A stretch of DNA of 63,529 nucleotides, counting the filler, from Bigelowiella natans CCMP2755 (Eukaryota > Protista > Cercozoa), in the NCBI GenBank assembly GCA_000320545.1. It is 7 parts of 7 records of this genome, joined end to end, with 100 filler letters (N's around TTAATTAATTAA, not from the genome) between each part and the next. Parts side by side here need not be neighbours in the genome. Positions count along the whole stretch, not along the records: positions 26,689 to 37,662 come from ADNK01002666.1; positions 37,763 to 52,235 come from ADNK01000612.1; 5 more parts are not named here. The stretch is one strand, 5' to 3'. The notes below the pieces were generated by a model. That model ran no database searches. It was not told where the DNA came from and worked only from the letters and a program-made list of their open reading frames with translations. Position numbers and translations under genes: made by a program. Below are positions 26,689 through 40,086 of this stretch, in pieces; the stretch's first letter is position 1; every line of letters begins with the position of its first letter.

Positions 26689-27399
26689 TTGTTGTTGTTA
26701 TTATTATTATTATTATTTATTATTTTTTTTAGTAACATTGTTATTATTGCATCCGTCTCTGTCGTTGTAATGCACTTGTATATGATGATGATGATGATGA
26801 TGATGATGATGCATCATCGTCAGCAGCATCAGCACCTCACTATAACTGTCATCACCACCATCATCATTATCATCGTGTTAATGTTGGGAGAGAGACGCGT
26901 GAAATGTATAAAGCATTCCCCGGCCGGCCGCATCTTACACCTTTTTCTTTCTATTATTTATTTTTATTAAGAAAAAGGGAAAGGTCCAAATGGATGAATG
27001 CATGCCGAGGTAGGAACGCCCCGTGCAATGGGGGGAAATGATAATAAACAGCGCCATATCACAAAATAGAGCAGTTGGGAATGAACCACAGCTGCATCAT
27101 TTGTTTGGCCAAAACGCGACAAAGAAATAACTTCCAAGGCGGCCGCTGCTGTCGGCTGCTGCCATTATTATTACCGGAGGAGCGTGTGGTAAAGGATTAT
27201 CGGAAACAGCAACGATCTGAAGGCTACCCACGTATGATAGACCTCTTTATACCTATTTTGCAATAATAATAATAAGACGACGACGATGATGAAGGAATGC
27301 GAGGGGAGAAGAGAAGAAGAAGAAGAAGAAGAAGAAGAAGAAGAAGAAGAGAAGATGTCATCATCGACATTGTCGTCGTCGTCCTCGTTGTCATTACCC

Positions 27400-27789
27400 G
27401 TAGCACACATCCATCAAAGCTGTTGGAACGATCAACACTCTCCATATGATCGAATACCAGGCGTACCAAATGCATGCGCGTCGCATCCTGACCCCCGTAC
27501 ATGCACACACGCAAACAAAAATGGTAAAGACGATAGAAATCAACAACTTCGGCGGCGGGACATCGACGGCGAAGGCGGCAATATTACGAACAACGACCAC
27601 TGATACATCAGGTTCATACAAAGTTCAGAGTTTACGATAAAGAGGCGGAGGAGATGGAAGATGAACTACAATGGCGCCACCACTAAAATAGTGCTTGCAC
27701 GTACGTTTGCAAAGCAGAGACGATCATAAATACATAGAAGAATATCTCCAGAGAATAGAAGATGCCGTCAATCTGAGAAAGCACACACA

Positions 27790-27832
<43 letters not shown>

Positions 27833-29218
27833 GCACGCAAAGATAACGACATTCTCAAACACAACTGTCAAGCGAGTTCCGTCTCGGTAGTAATGAAACC
27901 TCGAAGAATCGATCAGTCATCCCAATAAATGAAGTTACGAGTACATCACCGAGAAAATAACACCAAGTAAATCTCTCATACTTCTCCACCGAACATGCAA
28001 TTTCTGCGAGGGCAAAAACAAAAGCAATGGCTTCCAAACAGCGCTAGTACCGTGAAGAAGACGATGTTGGAGTTGGAATAGAAGCCCAGAGAGGAGAAGA
28101 AGGCAAAGACAAAGCTGTCAAAACAGGAATCATTGCATTCGTCAGCACAGAAGGAGATAGCATCAGATTATCGTCATTGTGTTTGTGCTTGATTAGACAT
28201 ACATGGAGGGCGCGGGGTTCAGTTAATGGAACGGTCAATGCTTTGCTCACATATGTAATGTTTATGCATGTGTATATTTATATGAATGACATACCCCCAT
28301 ATAGTCGCCCAGGTCCTCGACGATTTAAATGCAGATTTCGCAAGTGAATTCTGAATCAACGTCAAAGAATAAATAAAGGCAAATGCACTCGCACGTGTAG
28401 ACACGCCGTAGGATAAAATGGAGAAGAGAGATGAAGGAAGCTGGGGACGTGGAAATAAGGAACACTGCAACCTGCACGAGCAAAGCTCCTGCCGCATTGT
28501 ATTCAATAGAAGTCACCAAGATGGCCTGATTAAAAGCATATAGCACATACCACACGACGCATGAGCTCGGGCCTTTGCAGGGTCCACTTTGTGGTGAAAA
28601 TATGATGGCTGCTTGTGGCTGCAGTAGCTTTCTAGACATCACAAGCTTGCTCGCTCTTCTTACGGTGAAATAAAGCGAGGTGTCCCAGAGAGTAACTTGG
28701 TGACTTTCAAAGCGGCTATGTAGCATCGTGTTATATTATAGTCAAATGGGTGCAACACGCAAAAAAATGGACCTCTTGGGGGGGGGGTCTTAGGTAACTT
28801 CATATTTAAATTAAGGATGTGTGCAGGGTAGACATTCTTTGCCCGTAAACCACAAAAAGAAAGTCTTTCAACAAAAATCCCACTCCCTCTCCCATCATCG
28901 AAAACCTTCTCTTCTTCCAATCGGGCATCTGCGTGAGAGCATGCCCCACCAGCACGAGGTGTACCAGTTGGCAAACTAAGCACGTCCATAAAAGGTACCG
29001 GAAGTTTGGTAATATCACCACTTGTGCCGCCGCTGGATCCCCCTTTCATGTGTTAGAATATTGCTTTTGAACAGCGATCGTAAACATGTCATCACGGGAG
29101 TGGCAGGTACCTGTTTTGCCTTAACACGATTGTGGCGCAAATACAGAATAGACGCTAAAGACAGCACGCACTGCAAGAGCACCGTGAGAGGGACAAGTGG
29201 CCACAGCTGTTGGGACAT
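27400..29218 (-). CDS. Possible multi-pass membrane protein, structure unresolved
   Basis: A series of hydrophobic minus-strand ORF segments (MSQQLWPLVPLTVLLQCVLSLASILYLR..., EAIAFVFALAEIAC..., YVFMIVSALQTYVQ) in non-repetitive DNA. Exons were not resolved. Confidence 0.3.
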
Positions 29219-30036
29219 GCTTTTTAACTAGGATGCTAAACTGATGTAAATGCAGCCCGTCTCCTCATACCTTAGAGCGTAGGGAAGGGTTAAGAGAAAA
29301 CTAATACGGTGATGAAAGAAGAGGGCCATTACTTTTTTCCATCTATTCAACGAGTCGTCAAATCAATCCCACTACAAAACTCTCTTTGCAACCCATACTT
29401 ATATCTAACCTATTCCCTCCTCCCTACCCCCCATATTTTCCTCGTTCCAAAGCATACTCGTACCCTGAGGCTGCCCTCAGCTGACGTGTGCTCCTTCTCA
29501 ACTTCTAGTTAGCATATTTATTTAGGATATTAATGGTTTATATCTTGACACCTTTTACATTCTAGGCCGCATAAATATGGCGCATCATCGTTCGAAGTGG
29601 TTCGTTTTATATTAAAAATAGTGGTAGTTTTCAGTTGTAAAAATAAATCTAAATTGGAGCAATGTGTATTTCTCAAGCACATGTATGTGCTGTGTATGAA
29701 CGAGGAAGTTTTCATCGCGACAACATGGTAGATGTAAACTTAACACTATATTGAAAATATAGTTAAAATTCATACTGCGACTATAAATATCTGATGACGC
29801 AATAGTAAGAGCCAAAATCTAATGGCTTCCCTTCTGTTCTTAGTTGGCGCCCCCGCAGTTTAAGACTTCAGCTCGCAAGGTCACTCGTGGAGAACTGTTG
29901 TGTCGGTAAATGCACATAAAAGTGAAAGTTAAATTCTTAAACAGATCGTCTCCAAGTTGGAACAAACTCTACACCGTCGTTAAAGCGCTCCTTCGACAAG
30001 ACGCCCACAACCCACAAGCGAGGAGGTGGAGGAGGG

Positions 30037-31610
30037 ATGCACAGGGGAGCGGGATCTGGGAGTTATCAAGGACATAGGGGTGTAGGTCGTCCAAGCAAAA
30101 ATGCTGCCGCACAAGTGAAAGGCAAAGGCGGGGTAAATGGCAAAGGAAAAGGTCAATTTATCGAAAGTCCATTGCGCCTTGCCTCCGGTGAACTTGTCCT
30201 GAAAGGAAATAAATTCATTGTCAGGCGTAAACCCGAATGGTCGCAGTCCTGACACTATAGACAAGCCATTTGTCTACGGATCGGCTGCTTTTGCTATCAA
30301 AAAGGATGAAAGTACTACGCAAAGCTGGCGTAAGCCACATCATCGTGAGCTTTATGATAGTAAGGCCTGATCGGTGTTGTCAATTGGTGTGTGACTTTCA
30401 GCGAAACCGGATGATCAACACACGCACAAGTGGACAGTCTATTTGAGGGGCTTGGAAAATGAAGACTTGAGCACGTTCATACAGAGAGTGGACTTTCGCC
30501 TGCATGAGAGTTTCACCGATCATGTTCGAGGTGAGCATATGCTGTTAACTGTAGAGACGAACAATAGTCCTTTCCCGAAATTTTGTCAAACTATTCTGAT
30601 GATTCCTAGATTCTAAGACCCTCTTTCGTGCTTTTTGTTTGAGTTCATGCTTTTAGTGCAGTACATATGCAATAAATACGTATATTCCAAATTTGTGACG
30701 TAGGAATCGAGAAGCCTCCCTATGAGGTTACCGAAACAGGATGGGGAGAATTTTCAATCTTGATCAAGGTTGTATCTGTGGCGTACGATAATTTCGAACA
30801 CGGGCTGCCTGTCTAGCAATAGATGTCGTAGACGATGTGTAAATTCTATTGCAATGTGCACGCAGAATAATAAGCCGCCGTTTTTTAACCCAGGTACATT
30901 TTCGAGATCCAAATGAAAAGCCCGTTCAGTTCTACCACCACCTGAAATTGTTCCGGAAAAATAAAAGCGACAAAGACACTGGACCGGTAGTTGATGCAAT
31001 GCACAGTAAATAACAATTTAATACGTGACAAAAAATGAGTTAATTTATCCACGATTGAAAGTTCATGTTTGGTTTCTTCGTCTGTGTAGGTAATCTCCGA
31101 GGTGTACGACGAATTTGTGTTCCATCAGCCAACTTACAAGTTTCGTGATCTGCTGCTCAAGAAACCAGAGCGTCACTTCAATGACTATCACCTCAACAAA
31201 CATTGTAAGTGTGGACGACATGGAAAAGTGGGAGGGGCGGGCCTTACGCCGATGATTCTATTTTTACAACTTACAATTGTTCATCTACAATATATGAATA
31301 TCCATATCACCTAAGCATGAATTCACCTCAATTCACGCTGGACACAACCCTGTGTGACTTCATAGTCGACTCGAAGCAGTTTGTAAAGATGGAACAGGAG
31401 CACATCGGGAAGCTCCAAACGGCTTCGAAAAAGGCAAGTCAAGAATGTACCAAACTATCTCAGGACGTGCCATCTCAACCTCACCCAAATGTAATGTTAC
31501 TTTTTGGGCGAAAAATGTAGGTGAATGAACGAATGGACCAGCTACGGCAAAATCTATACGTCTTGGACGAGGAGATAATGCAGCTGGAAAAAATCATGTC
31601 GCAAAATTGA
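30037..31610 (+). CDS. YEATS4: YEATS-domain protein (GAS41/Yaf9), multi-exon; N-terminus may extend upstream
   Basis: [77 protein letters not shown], and a coiled-coil-like C-terminus. Confidence 0.93.
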
Positions 31611-31905
31611 GATTGACTAGGCCCTGGTGAGCTGCGAAGTGGTAGGGAACTCATTATTTGATCCTTCATCATACACCAAAGACCTCCGGTATGCAATTCG
31701 ATTGCCAGTTCCAAATAAAAATCAAGGATAACATGTTCAATGTCAATTGCTATATTGATATTTGTTTATTTATGTATAACTGTACATAGTTGCTATGATC
31801 CTGTCGTATAGTATACGATACGTACCTGCTATAATTAATTTGTTCTGTGCGCGATATAGCGAAAATGCGTAGTAAGATGCGCGCGTCGCAAGTCTGCTAA
31901 CGGAA

Positions 31906-31999
31906 GCTCATAGCGCTATGTATATACTTGCCAACTTATGTCCAGATGTACGTGTATCATTATGTCGTACATCTGGAATAGCGCATAGCTAGTATGAGC
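31906..31999. repeat. Nested inverted repeat (hairpin) in a convergent intergenic spacer
   Basis: TCCAGATGTACG (31941-31952) pairs with CGTACATCTGGA (31966-31977), enclosed by GCGCTAT/ATAGCGC and GCTCATA/TATGAGC. Confidence 0.7.
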
Positions 32000-32308
32000 G
32001 CACGGGCAACGACGATGCTATAGTACGGTTCTTCACTAGGCCGCATCTATGTAATATAGCACGAGCTGATAAGTTAGGATTTTTGGAAAATGTAAGGAAT
32101 CTCTGCTATTAATAATGCATCGTCTCATTGCGGCATGCAGAAGCAACGCGGCAGCCATTTTTATGCCTTCTATCTTCCCAGGAACACAATTTTCATCAAA
32201 CGCTTCTTCTTTCGCATGGACGCAGACATATTATTGGCTAAATTTGATGTGGCTAAATCAAAAGGGGGTGCAGTTTGGGAAAAGGTTGGCTGGAAGGGGG
32301 AACGATTA

Positions 32309-32897
32309 TTACTGCTCAGCGTCCGCCGGTGTGTTGGTACTGTCTCCGTTACCACGAATTTGCTGCCATTTCTTTGCAACAACAGGAGCTGCGGCTAGTG
32401 TTAAAAGGGTCCTTACCGGGCCTGTGGCTTCAGTCGCAAGATAAGCTAATGCTAAGCTCCCAGCTTGACCAGGAATTTTCTCTTGGAGCTCTAATGGAAG
32501 ATGATCCTAATGACAGAAATAGCACCAGGATTATGACTGCCTCGCCAGACCGTTCGACGAAATCTTCTCAAAAGTTTTTCTTTGAATGTAAGACAACCGC
32601 TCTCTTTTTTTGTTTTTATGTTTTGTCACCTCTATCGGAAGACCATTAGCAACCAGAAAGTAGGACGTTGCGAGAGTGAAGGACCAAACTGATGAGTGGA
32701 AGATGAGCGCAACAGCTCCGTAGTCGCGAAAGATCTTCTTCAATTTTGCAACAGGTCCGTCTGAGTTCCCATCCTCGCCGCCAAAGAATGCTCGCATTGA
32801 CAATTCCTTCCTACCTTCTACGTGGGGTCCCAAGCTTTTCCTCTTGCTACTGTGATCCACATTATGGAAGATAAAGGGGGAAGAGAAGAAGGGTGAT

Positions 32898-32951
<54 letters not shown>

Positions 32952-33443
32952 AAGAGAGATAACGATTTAATATTCACTTCTTCTCATATAAATGGTTAGA
33001 TGAAAGTACTCATATAAATGGTTAAATGAAAGTATGTATGCAAAGGCCCGTGTGTGGATAGATTTCTGTGCATCCTCCCACATCTTGTTCGGTACAGAGC
33101 TGTTGGGCATCTACCTCAAAGTAGGAGCAAGGGAGTTGCTTGTGAAGCTACGCGGACGATTTATGCTGCTTCTTCTGCCTAACATTGTTTTAGTTTGGGG
33201 GTTCTCTGCCATTACTGTAGTCAACCCTTGTACCGCTCCTTCGTCATTACTTATTTCTCGTATTTTCCTCTGCTGCAACATATTTCGGTGGGAGGAGAGC
33301 ATCCTGGTAGGAAAAGTAGATATTGCCCCCCCTCTTCGAGCTAGAAAATTCTTCGTGGAGCGCACAGCATTTGTTGCCGGAAGGGTAAGAAGGACAAACA
33401 TGAGCCCGACCCGTGCCATCTCACGAGTTCTCTTACTCTTCAT
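32309..33443 (-). CDS. DUF1279 (FAM210-like) protein with signal plus transit-like leader
   Basis: KLKKIFRDYGAVALIFHSSVWSFTLATSYFLVANG | AGSLALAYLATEATGPVRTLLTLAAAPVVAK. The leader MARVGLMFVLLTLPATNA is followed by an R/S-rich stretch. Confidence 0.85.
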
Positions 33444-34041
33444 TAAAAAGTGATAAAACAAGAGGGGGGGGGGGGAGGGGGTTGAAAATAATCAAATGCC
33501 AATGAAATAAAATTCGTCTAAAAAACAAATAATGAGCGAGTCGTGGGTATCCATATCTTACACCCCCCCCCATCCCTCAACAATTTCGCTGCCTACCTTC
33601 GACGTCGTCTGGTGCAGAATCAAAGGTACTAAAGGGCCTGAAAAGCAAGGCTCACCCACTGCGAAAACTAGAAAAATCAAGCGAAATTACCTACAAAATG
33701 GAGAAAACCGCATGTATTTCATAATCTTTCTAGTTTTGCAGGAGCTCACATTCATTCCAGAGTTTCGTGGTTAGAGAAATTTACCAGATTGACGGGAAAG
33801 GCGCAAACTGATTCGAGATACTTCCGCCGAAGCGGCATATATTAGTCAAAAATATTATTCCAAAATATCTCAATAAAAGCTAAATTGTCTGCCTTAATTT
33901 TGACAAACGTACATGCGACAGCTCAGAGACATGTGTGTGTGCGAGCCTCCTTTTTCGGCGGTCGAAATTGAGTAAGATTCGTCAGAGTGTGCCACATTTT
34001 TCATAATATTATCCCGGTAATATCTGAATATTTTTGTCCAG

Positions 34042-35491
34042 ATGATGGATTTGGATCTGGCCATGGCCATGGTCGACGAAGGCTCGCCGCCCAGCCCGAA
34101 TCCGTTCGATGAAACCAACGAGCACCCAAATCCCTTCCAGGAACCTGCTCCGAGGCCACGAATGAAGCGAAGGCCGAGAAATGGTAGGTGCCTCTTATGA
34201 TGCAGAACGCCTCTTTGCCCCCCCAAGAAGCGCGCAATCCACCCCCTTGGCGTATTGATTGTTCTCGCTTGCAGCTCCTTCCATTCCCAGCTCTCCTTTA
34301 AACGCGAAGAGGAGATGTTGAGTAGCTTTTCGCTTTTAATTGTACGCTTTGTAGCGAATGTTCAGCGGGATGAAGCGTGTGTTTATTGTCGTTTGAGGGC
34401 GCGGTTGGATGCATCAGACCGATTGCTGCGTCCTTATATAACCCATAATCATCACGAACGTTTGGTTGCTTACTTTAGGACAAAATAGTGGCAGAGGTAG
34501 GCGGGAGATCAGTAGCAATGGCGACACCCCTTCTGAATCGAAGGTTGCTTCCAACGATATCGATGCTGCAAATGGCGCTGCCACTATGGACAAAGAGGCT
34601 ATAGCTACCTTGGGTACTTATAGCACTGCAAACTTCGGCAACAACTTAGATAGCGGGAGTAGTAGTAGTGTCGGAAATGGCAGACGCATCACCACAGCAA
34701 ACCGAACTCCGTCTCCATTCCAGTCGAAACTCGATCCTTCAACAGGTGTTTCCTCGTCAACCGCATCATCATCTAGGAAGAGGCGTCAATTTCTTCGTGG
34801 AAGAAGGATTCTCGGCTCCTCACACAACGGCAACACTGAGAAAAAGAGTGTCAATAACACGAATAGCCCTAACCACAACGGGATAGAGACAACAGAGGAG
34901 GCGGGATACAAAGAAGGGGGAGAGGAAGAAGGGCGCAACAATTATTATAGCGATGTTCATACGAGAACGGACTCTGCTGCTGATGAGAAGATAGCCGCGA
35001 AGGAAGAAGAAGAAGAAGAAGAAGAAGAAGAAGAAGAGGAGGAGGAGGAGGAGGAAGAATTCATCTGCGAAAATTTCAGGGAGAGTAATATTTATGATGT
35101 CTATCGTGCGGGGAAAATGTGACTTTTAAATTTGTGATTCCGCAAGCTATGTGTTTATAAACTATACGCGATTATAAACTATGTCCGCAACAAATGAGAA
35201 GCAAGGCCACTATCCTTCCGCCCCCCCCCCCCCCCCCCTCCCACTGTCACCCCAATCCTTAAAATATATATTACTCATAACCGCCTTCATATAGCATGTT
35301 TCTGCTGTGTTTTGATGGAGTAGTGGATGGCTGCATCTACTCAAAGAAGACGCTAATCGAGGCGCAGGGCCTGCAACGGCCGTTTCGCACTTATGACCCG
35401 ACGCCTATTCTCCCGATATATCTCGACGAATGGAATCTAGCACATGTTGCTTGGTATTGCTATTTTCACACACACACACACACACACACAT

Positions 35492-35532
<41 letters not shown>

Positions 35533-36344
35533 CTGGGGCACAGCCATTGGCCTTATTGCAGACTCAGCATTAAAAAAAACGAGGACATTCTTTGCTATAC
35601 GGTATTAATATACTAACTCTCCATCAAAAGGTTTGTGCGAAGTTGCGGAAAGAGTCCTATCTGGGAGCACTACGCGGAGATGTGCTACGTAAGTGCGGGG
35701 GGAGAGAGGAGTGGTGGAGGGATGTCTATCACAGTATCATATCTCTATGTACATTTGTTAATACCGGCAAATTGCCTCCCTCGTTGGCATCATTGCAAAA
35801 GGGAAAAATCACTGTGTGCTCGAAAGGAGCCTTTACTCGTCAATTCCGAGGCCGCTGATAACACTGAAGAGACGAGTAATGTTGTTGTCGTCGTCGTTTT
35901 TGCGTTGGTTTTAGAACTCGGCCGTGGACGGGCGCATGCTCGCTAGTGTCAGCATCGATTCAATCATATCCTCTCTGAAGTTTCGGACTATCCATGTTAA
36001 GAAGGTAGGCGATGATATCGGCAGCAAAATCCCTCTACGTCAAGTTCCTCAGTTTCCTTCGATTGAGTTTATTTGTGTCGATTTTGCATGCTCCAGTGTC
36101 CCACAGAGCCTTGAAATTTGCCGTCGGTCTCCCTTCTGTATCCCTCCTCCCCCCCCCCCCTCCCCATACGTAGATGTACTACTTGCTATATTCGAACACG
36201 AGAATTCGCTTCAGGTAAAAATTACGGAAACAAATGCTAAACAAGCATATCAACACTTGTCGCCAAAGCTACTTTACATCACTCCCTTCCCCTTTTCTCT
36301 CCCCTTCGCCGCCGCCTCCTCCTCCCCGCTTTCTGTTGTATATT

Positions 36345-36382
<38 letters not shown>

Positions 36383-36480
36383 CGTACAACAGGAGGGAAG
36401 TATTATGCTTTGAGATGTTCGGTGGAACTAAGAGATTGGACCGAAGCAAAGAGTTCTTCAAGGATCATTTCTCCCAGCAT
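34042..36480 (+). CDS. Uncharacterised multi-exon protein with a long low-complexity N-terminus
   Basis: MMDLDLAMAMVDEGSPPSPNPF..., a 218-aa ORF at 34466-35122, then exon-like segments VCAKLRKESYLG, SIDSIISSLKFRTIHVKK and DVLLAIFEHENSLQ. Confidence 0.45.
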
Positions 36481-36634
36481 ACCACGGCCCCCCCTCCCCA
36501 CGCTCCATCCCTGTCGAGTGGGCGGCGCTCTCAATCCTCGCAGCCACAAGGGGGTGGGAAGGCTAGCAGAACTATAACTGGTGGGTGTTTAAAGCGTGTT
36601 GCCTTTGTGGCTTGAAAACGGAGCGAGGGGGCAC

Positions 36635-36674
<40 letters not shown>

Positions 36675-37262
36675 CATTCATTCGCCTAAAGTTCTAATAT
36701 ATGGAATAATCATATAGACGATAAGCCGAGCTCCCGTCCTTCTCCTCCTCCTGGTTCCCTCCATGTAAAAAAGGGACATGACAGGAAAGAAGGAGGGGGA
36801 GAGGATGATTGTGAGCCAGCCTCTCCCCTCCCCTCTGCTCCACGATCTTCCACCCCCCCCCCCACCAGTACCAGCGCCAGCGGCACGGCCAACAGCAACG
36901 GCAACAACTCTCCGGCAGTTCGTGGTAATCCAGAGAGTCATTCTCACCATAATCCCTCTCCTCAACCTCCTCTCGAGGACCGCTGCTCTCCCAGCACCGA
37001 GGGAGGAGGCGTGCCCCCCCATTGTCCTTCGCGAGCTTCTGGGTCTTCTTCTTCTCAAGCTTCGCCGGTAATGCGCGCTCCTTCCAGCCGCTCACACCCT
37101 ATTTGTAGTTTCGGGGGCGGGGGGGGGGGGGGGGGCAGAAAATGGAAAAAAAAAAATTGGTCTCTTACAGGTTCTCTCTCTTGCTGGGTCCCTGCTCTGT
37201 TTTTTCTAATAAAAAGGGGTATACACTTAGCATCCTGTTCATTTACAAAAAAATTTCTTTTA

Positions 37263-37649
37263 TTACTCAACCCCTCGTAGCCCACTAACTGTAGTGTGTA
37301 TTTTCTCTAGCTGCCTGATCCGGGTCCTGCCTGTCTCGTAAAGGTCCATGGCTTGCTTTATTATAGCTAGCCATTTGAGCTTGTCGTTTTCGGTGGGGTT
37401 AGGGGTAAAGTCGCAGAGTATACTCCTAGCGGTCTTCCACCACCTCCTTGCCTCACCTCTTTTCCCGTTGTATTTCGTTATCATAACCGGTGCTGTTTTA
37501 ACAGACATGAACTGGGGTGTTCCGCTGTACCGGCTGCTGCTGCTTGACGGTGCTCTGGGTCGTCCCCCGCGAGGCGCCCAGACCCCCGTCGTTCCTAAAC
37601 AAGCTGCCCACTCTGGAGGTAGTCTGCTCGTATCCATGATGTCCTGCAT
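37263..37649 (-). mobile_element. Possible retrotransposon gag-like fragment
   Basis: Intronless ORF containing ITKYNGKRGEARRWWK, reminiscent of the gag 'kFdG..' motif. It is next to a gap and no pol or LTR is seen. Confidence 0.25.
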
Positions 37650-37662
37650 GATAGCTGCCCAA

Positions 37663-37762
37663 NNNNNNNNNNNNNNNNNNNNNNNNNNNNNNNNNNNNNN
37701 NNNNNNTTAATTAATTAANNNNNNNNNNNNNNNNNNNNNNNNNNNNNNNNNNNNNNNNNNNN
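37663..37762. other. Artificial assembly spacer
   Basis: N-run with TTAATTAATTAA. Confidence 0.97.
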
Positions 37763-38164
37763 TCCCCCTTTTTTGCCCGGGGAATAGGAGTTTGGTAAGC
37801 GAAATGGGAATTTTCCGTTTAAAAGGGGGGAGCCCCCCTTTTTTTGGGGATTTTGAAATCCGTAATCCCGTTTCAATAAGCCCCCGAACACCCCCTTAAA
37901 AGAAACCCGGAAAAATCCCCTAAATTTATTTTTTCAATTTAGGAAAAGAGGGAAAACAAAGACCCAGAAGGGGGGTTGTGGGGGGGGGGGAAGAGAGACC
38001 GATGTAAATTGTTTTTGGATCATAGTTGTTCTCAGCGAGCGATGCAATATCCATCATCATCCATATTGATGATTCATCATCGTTTCTTGTCCCTAATACT
38101 AGCCATCTCGTGTTGTTGTTATGATGATGGTAATGATGACGCGCCATATATCGTACCCATGCAG

Positions 38165-38547
38165 GCACCATTGTCGGAGCAAACTAAGATACCGGTAGTA
38201 GTAACAACAACGACAACAACAACAACAACAACAACCAAGCCTTCTTGCATCAATTAAACGAACAACATGATGCGATGCTATATTGTATTCCATCGTAAAT
38301 ATATATACACCACAGAGTTATCAAACTGCATTGGTTTCCCTCCAGCATCTTAGTATTCTGAAAGATATGTAGTTATTTATTGTATTTAGAATATTGATGT
38401 GCACAAAGTATATTGTTGTAATTAATGGGTCGCCTTGGGACCTCTCACATATAATGTTGTGTGTACTATGATTCTCCTGTGCCGCGCAGATTAATTCCCG
38501 CTTCTCCAAGGCGCAAGGGTACTACTGTGACATGGGAAAGAGAGAAT

Positions 38548-38587
<40 letters not shown>

Positions 38588-38938
38588 GCGAATCGGATAG
38601 GCAACAAAGCACCAAATCGACATTATCATCGTCATCATCATCACTGATTCCCGCAAATTCTCAACTGATGGCTACACGCCGGTGTCGTGATGTCCTATGG
38701 GGCGCCGTCGCTACTACGTTTCAGAATGGATCTCGCTGCAACCATCTTCGAGGACTTTGATAAAACTTGCGGGAAGACCACGCTCATTAGGTAGGCGGGG
38801 GAGCACCTGCAGACAGCAGCACCTCCACCACCACCAACAATACCAACAACTACAACAACAATACCAACACACATCCAACCCCTGCGGCATACAAGGATAG
38901 GATAGAAAGGAAGGGAAGTAGGGAAGGGGAAGCGAAAG

Positions 38939-38978
<40 letters not shown>

Positions 38979-39035
38979 AGAAGAGAGACTAAGTAAACAC
39001 AAGCTATAATGCACACACACACACACACACATATG

Positions 39036-39080
<45 letters not shown>

Positions 39081-39466
39081 TATACATACACTTAATATAC
39101 ATCTTAGCTGGGATCACTGCTTGATGCCCCGTCTAGCAATGATACTGGGCTGCACCAGCGATATGTGCAGGTGGGGGACTATTGCCACTACTATCATCAT
39201 CATCCGCATTGTTATCGTGAATCAACTGCTGCTGCTGCTGCTGATGCTGCTGTACACGTTGTCGTCCCTCGATTCTATTTAAACTTGGGTGGAGAAGTGA
39301 TGGCTACCTTGAGAGGAGGCACTGCCTGCTACAGAATCAGCCACATCAGCGACCAAAACGCTAATCTGTCTTGTCTAAGATTAAAGAAGACACAATGACA
39401 TGTTAAAGCGGCCATATATTCTTCTGACAGCGAAAATGAAAATGAATAATAACACATGATACATAA

Positions 39467-39503
<37 letters not shown>

Positions 39504-39802
39504 GTATATTTGAGTGTGTGTGTTTGTATGAGAGTGCGTTTGCGTGCTTGTCGCATTGATATGCACTCCCGTCATCGCCTCCTCTCTTCGTCTGGTTTCG
39601 AGTTTTAAAATCCATGTCGTCCTCCTTGTTCCATCCTCCGCCCATCATCCAGGAAGTGCTGGAATGACCACGATTTTGACTCCTTTCTGGTGCTGAGCTA
39701 CCAATGCCTTCGTGGAGGCAGTAGCAGCAGTGAATGCGAATGGCGGGTGACGAATACAACGAGGTCAGCAATGAAAGACAATCGGAGAATAAGCGGCAAA
39801 TT

Positions 39803-39834
<32 letters not shown>

Positions 39835-39881
39835 GGTGGTGGTTGGGTTGATGATGATGGAATGAGGGAGGTATGATGCAG

Positions 39882-39934
<53 letters not shown>

Positions 39935-40086
39935 CTATTACTCGTAGCAATCCTACCTCCTTACCAAAACACTACTATTCATCTCACAGACTCCACGAGG
40001 GGCTGCAGATAGGCTGGAGACAGCTCCTCCACGTGGGCAAGGACGTGACTCTACGTGATCTTGCGTCCTACCAATGTTCCGCCCAG
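38165..40086 (+). CDS. Histidine phosphatase/phosphoglycerate-mutase-like protein, partial, multi-exon
   Basis: Phase-consistent exons APLSEQTKIP|INSRFSKAQG|MDLAATIFEDFDKTCGKTTLIS|WDHCLMPRLAMILGC..|WNDHDFDSFLVLSY resemble the 'PLA..l.v...LI.WEH..iP.la..LG...FD' pattern. The catalytic RHG motif is not seen (probably upstream, in the gap). Confidence 0.6.

Noticed and set aside
32982-33033. 26-bp tandem duplication (similar small ones at about 4432-4510 and 7243-7331)
   Set aside because: Ordinary local intronic duplications with no sign of function.
37763-38000. Homopolymer-rich stretch (also 52336-52680)
   Set aside because: Adjacent to gaps and typical of low-quality read ends.
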